64,000 bases of DNA from Haplodiscus bocki (taxonomy: Eukaryota): positions 35,464,001-35,528,000 of the forward strand of contig OZ296649.1 of the NCBI GenBank assembly GCA_965655095.1. Direction: 5' to 3'. A program made the translations under genes and the position numbers. The notes beneath the pieces were generated by a model, which did no database searches, was not told where the DNA came from, and saw only the letters and a program-made list of their open reading frames with translations. Positions 61,760-64,000 of the stretch are shown in pieces; the first letter of the stretch is position 1; the number at the start of each line of letters is the position of its first letter.

Positions 61760-64000
61760 TTACGGCTGACAAGGTTTAAATCGGTTATAGTGAACACACA
61801 TTTGTTTTCGGGACTTCAATTCTTCATTTTTGTAGTTCACATCGTTGATACTTTTCAAAACTCTATAAGGGCTTGTCCAGATACTGGAAAACAGGACTTT
61901 GTGACCAGTTACTGTGACAGCGTAAAGAAGGAGGATGTAATCTCCCTCACGGTTTCCTGGACCAAGAACGTTTTTGTAATTTAAAGCATTTGTCTGTTTC
62001 TGTTGGCTGGTAGTGTTTCGTCTAACAAGCTCGAAGGCTATCTCGAAAACAACTTGTTTCTGCATCACATGTTTGCTTGAGTTGATGGGCTCGTTAGTTC
62101 CCGGAAGTGGGTACATCAGGTAAAAAGTAAGCAAGAGCTCATGACCAAGTACAACTAAGTTGTGAGTGAAACCCGTGGGTACCTGCACAGAGGACCGATA
62201 AGCCATCAGGACAAAAGGTAAGAAATAAAACCACTGGTCTTGTTCCTTGTGAATGTTTGTTGTGAGCATGTTTAAGAAAGTGCGGTCCATGCGCTCGATG
62301 AATGAAGTAGACTGGGTATGCGAGGTTGTTGTCCTTGTTTTTTCAAATTAAAGCAATTTCATCAAATGTTTGAACAACTGGGATTCATTTTTTCGCCCTT
62401 GGTATTTTTTAATGCTATAGGGGTACTTAACTCTGCAAATCCAGTATTCCGGAAAAACGTTTGCACTGGTTAGTGACTGTTGATTGAAGAACGGTATCGT
62501 ATATTATCTATTTTCGAAAAGATCGCCAATCAACAGTATGAACTGAGCACCGTTAGAAGTCGGAAGTGGTCCAAGGAAATCAAGTGCAATGTGATGAGAG
62601 TGGTGAATGATTTTCCAGTCAACCGAACAATGGCAATGCCTCTTGGGCGGACTTGATCGTTTTGGCACATATCACAACATCGAGTAACTGTTTATTATCT
62701 CCCTTGAATCAAGGCCAATACGAACGTTGGTGAACTTTATTGATCACTTTGTGCGTGTCCGGGTGACCTGCTGTTGTTGAACAAGGTAATGAAATCGGAA
62801 CATCAGGAACTGAGTACCGAGAAAAGATCTCTTGGAAATATGGCAGACTACAGTCTAGTGGTTCAAACACTCGGCACAAAAAGTTGTCCTTAAGGTATAA
62901 GATGGGCAATTGGCTTTACGTTTTCCAGCCCAAACGAGGGATTCCCTTTGATTTGTTGTTCTTGGGGACATGTCCCTCCCGAAACCTTTTGCAATTGTGC
63001 TGCAAAGGTTGGTCCGCCTCCTGTGTTTTCAATAGGACAATTCTATTGCTCAGTTAATCAGATATGTTGCCCTCTGAATTAACGGCGGGTTGCAAGCAAA
63101 CAGATATCTAGACAGGTGAAGTTCAAAACGTCTCCAGGATAAATTGTCGCACCATGCTACATTCAAGACCCGATCCAATACAGGGAAAGCTAGTTCCTCG
63201 GATGTCATTTTGTTCAACATGGGCGCGAATTCGCTCTAAGAAGGCCCACAGGGTGCCAAATGTGGGCTGGTTGAAAAACTTTTCCTTGGTTATGAGGTTT
63301 TAAATGTACCGCTTTGAGTCGAAAAACACTGTGGCAAAAGTGGACCTAACTTTTGGTCGATATTGGTTGGGTATGCACACGGGTGGTTGCTGTTGATTTT
63401 CTGGCATTACTTACTGACTTTTTAAAGTTAGTTGAAACACAAAGGCATATTGAATCTTTTGAATCAAAGAAATTACCTACCAGTTCACTGTAATGGCCTG
63501 TAACTTCATGTTAGGCTTTGTCAGTCCATTGAAAAGCGGATGGCATTTCATTAGCTTTGTGTAACGGGCGGGTAGGGGAAACAAAACCCTGAACAGAACT
63601 TCGGTAAAAGGATGCCAAACCTAGGAATGATTTCGTTCGTGTCTGGTTTTTGGGCGTTGAGAAAACAGGAACAGCTTTGATTTTGTCGGGGTCCATATAG
63701 AGGCCATTTTTACTCCCGAGGTGGCCAAGGAACTGAAGTTTGGTTCCAAAGAATGAACGTTTCGATGGGTTTGTTTTTGAGATTGCCCTCGCGAAATCGA
63801 TGAAGAATCGCTCTTAGACGAAAGATGTGCTCCTCCGCTGTCTCTGAAAAAGAGATACAGTCATCAAGATACTGTACAAGTCTTCCATGTGAGTCCTAAA
63901 GGGTCATGTTCCATAAAACTCTGGAAGGTGTTGGGGCTACCTGTTAGGCCCATTGGCATTGGGAGTCACTTGAAAGAGAACAAAGTGTGTGTTAAAGGCC
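61760..64000 (-). pseudogene. pol: Gypsy pol remnant (RT ... integrase)
   Basis: MPMGLTGSPNTFQ, YLDD (63871-63860), DPDKIKAV...SFLGLASFYR, GHPDTHKVINKVHQRSYWP, LPFVLMAYRSSVQVPTGFT, WTSPYRV...VHYNRFKP. Confidence 0.92.

Larger units (their letters stand above)
55430..64000 (-). mobile_element. Decayed env-bearing Gypsy/Metaviridae-type LTR retroelement (runs off the right edge)
   Basis: RT, then integrase, env-like ORF, accessory region, PPT and putative LTR in order on the minus strand. Confidence 0.8.

Overview
AT-rich, transposon-dense animal (probably invertebrate) genomic DNA. The one clear host gene is a ubiquitin-conjugating enzyme E2 H (UBE2H/Ubc8) on the minus strand. Six short coding exons (46136 down to 5824) splice into an uninterrupted frame across introns of up to about 20 kb; the last exon was not found in the window. 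The left edge (1-4548, + strand) holds the intact-looking 3' end of an enveloped LTR retroelement: a herpes-gB/chuvirus-like (class III) glycoprotein, an ATG-less ORF that opens exactly at a splice acceptor, a TAATG stop-start overlap into an intronless RING-less TRAF protein (PAM2-like motif, coiled coils, MATH domain), a polypurine tract and an AGTTA...TAACT LTR. This cassette is the main candidate for an undescribed system. The right edge (about 55430-64000, - strand) holds a decayed Gypsy-type element with a similar PPT/LTR start but a class I (furin site plus fusion peptide) envelope. Between them lie a CR1/L2-group LINE with a (CTA)n tail, a near-identical 4.02 kb tandem duplication, Helitron-like and Merlin-like non-autonomous elements, tRNA-like repeats and several decayed retroelements. 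All assignments come from reading motifs by eye; no searches were run.
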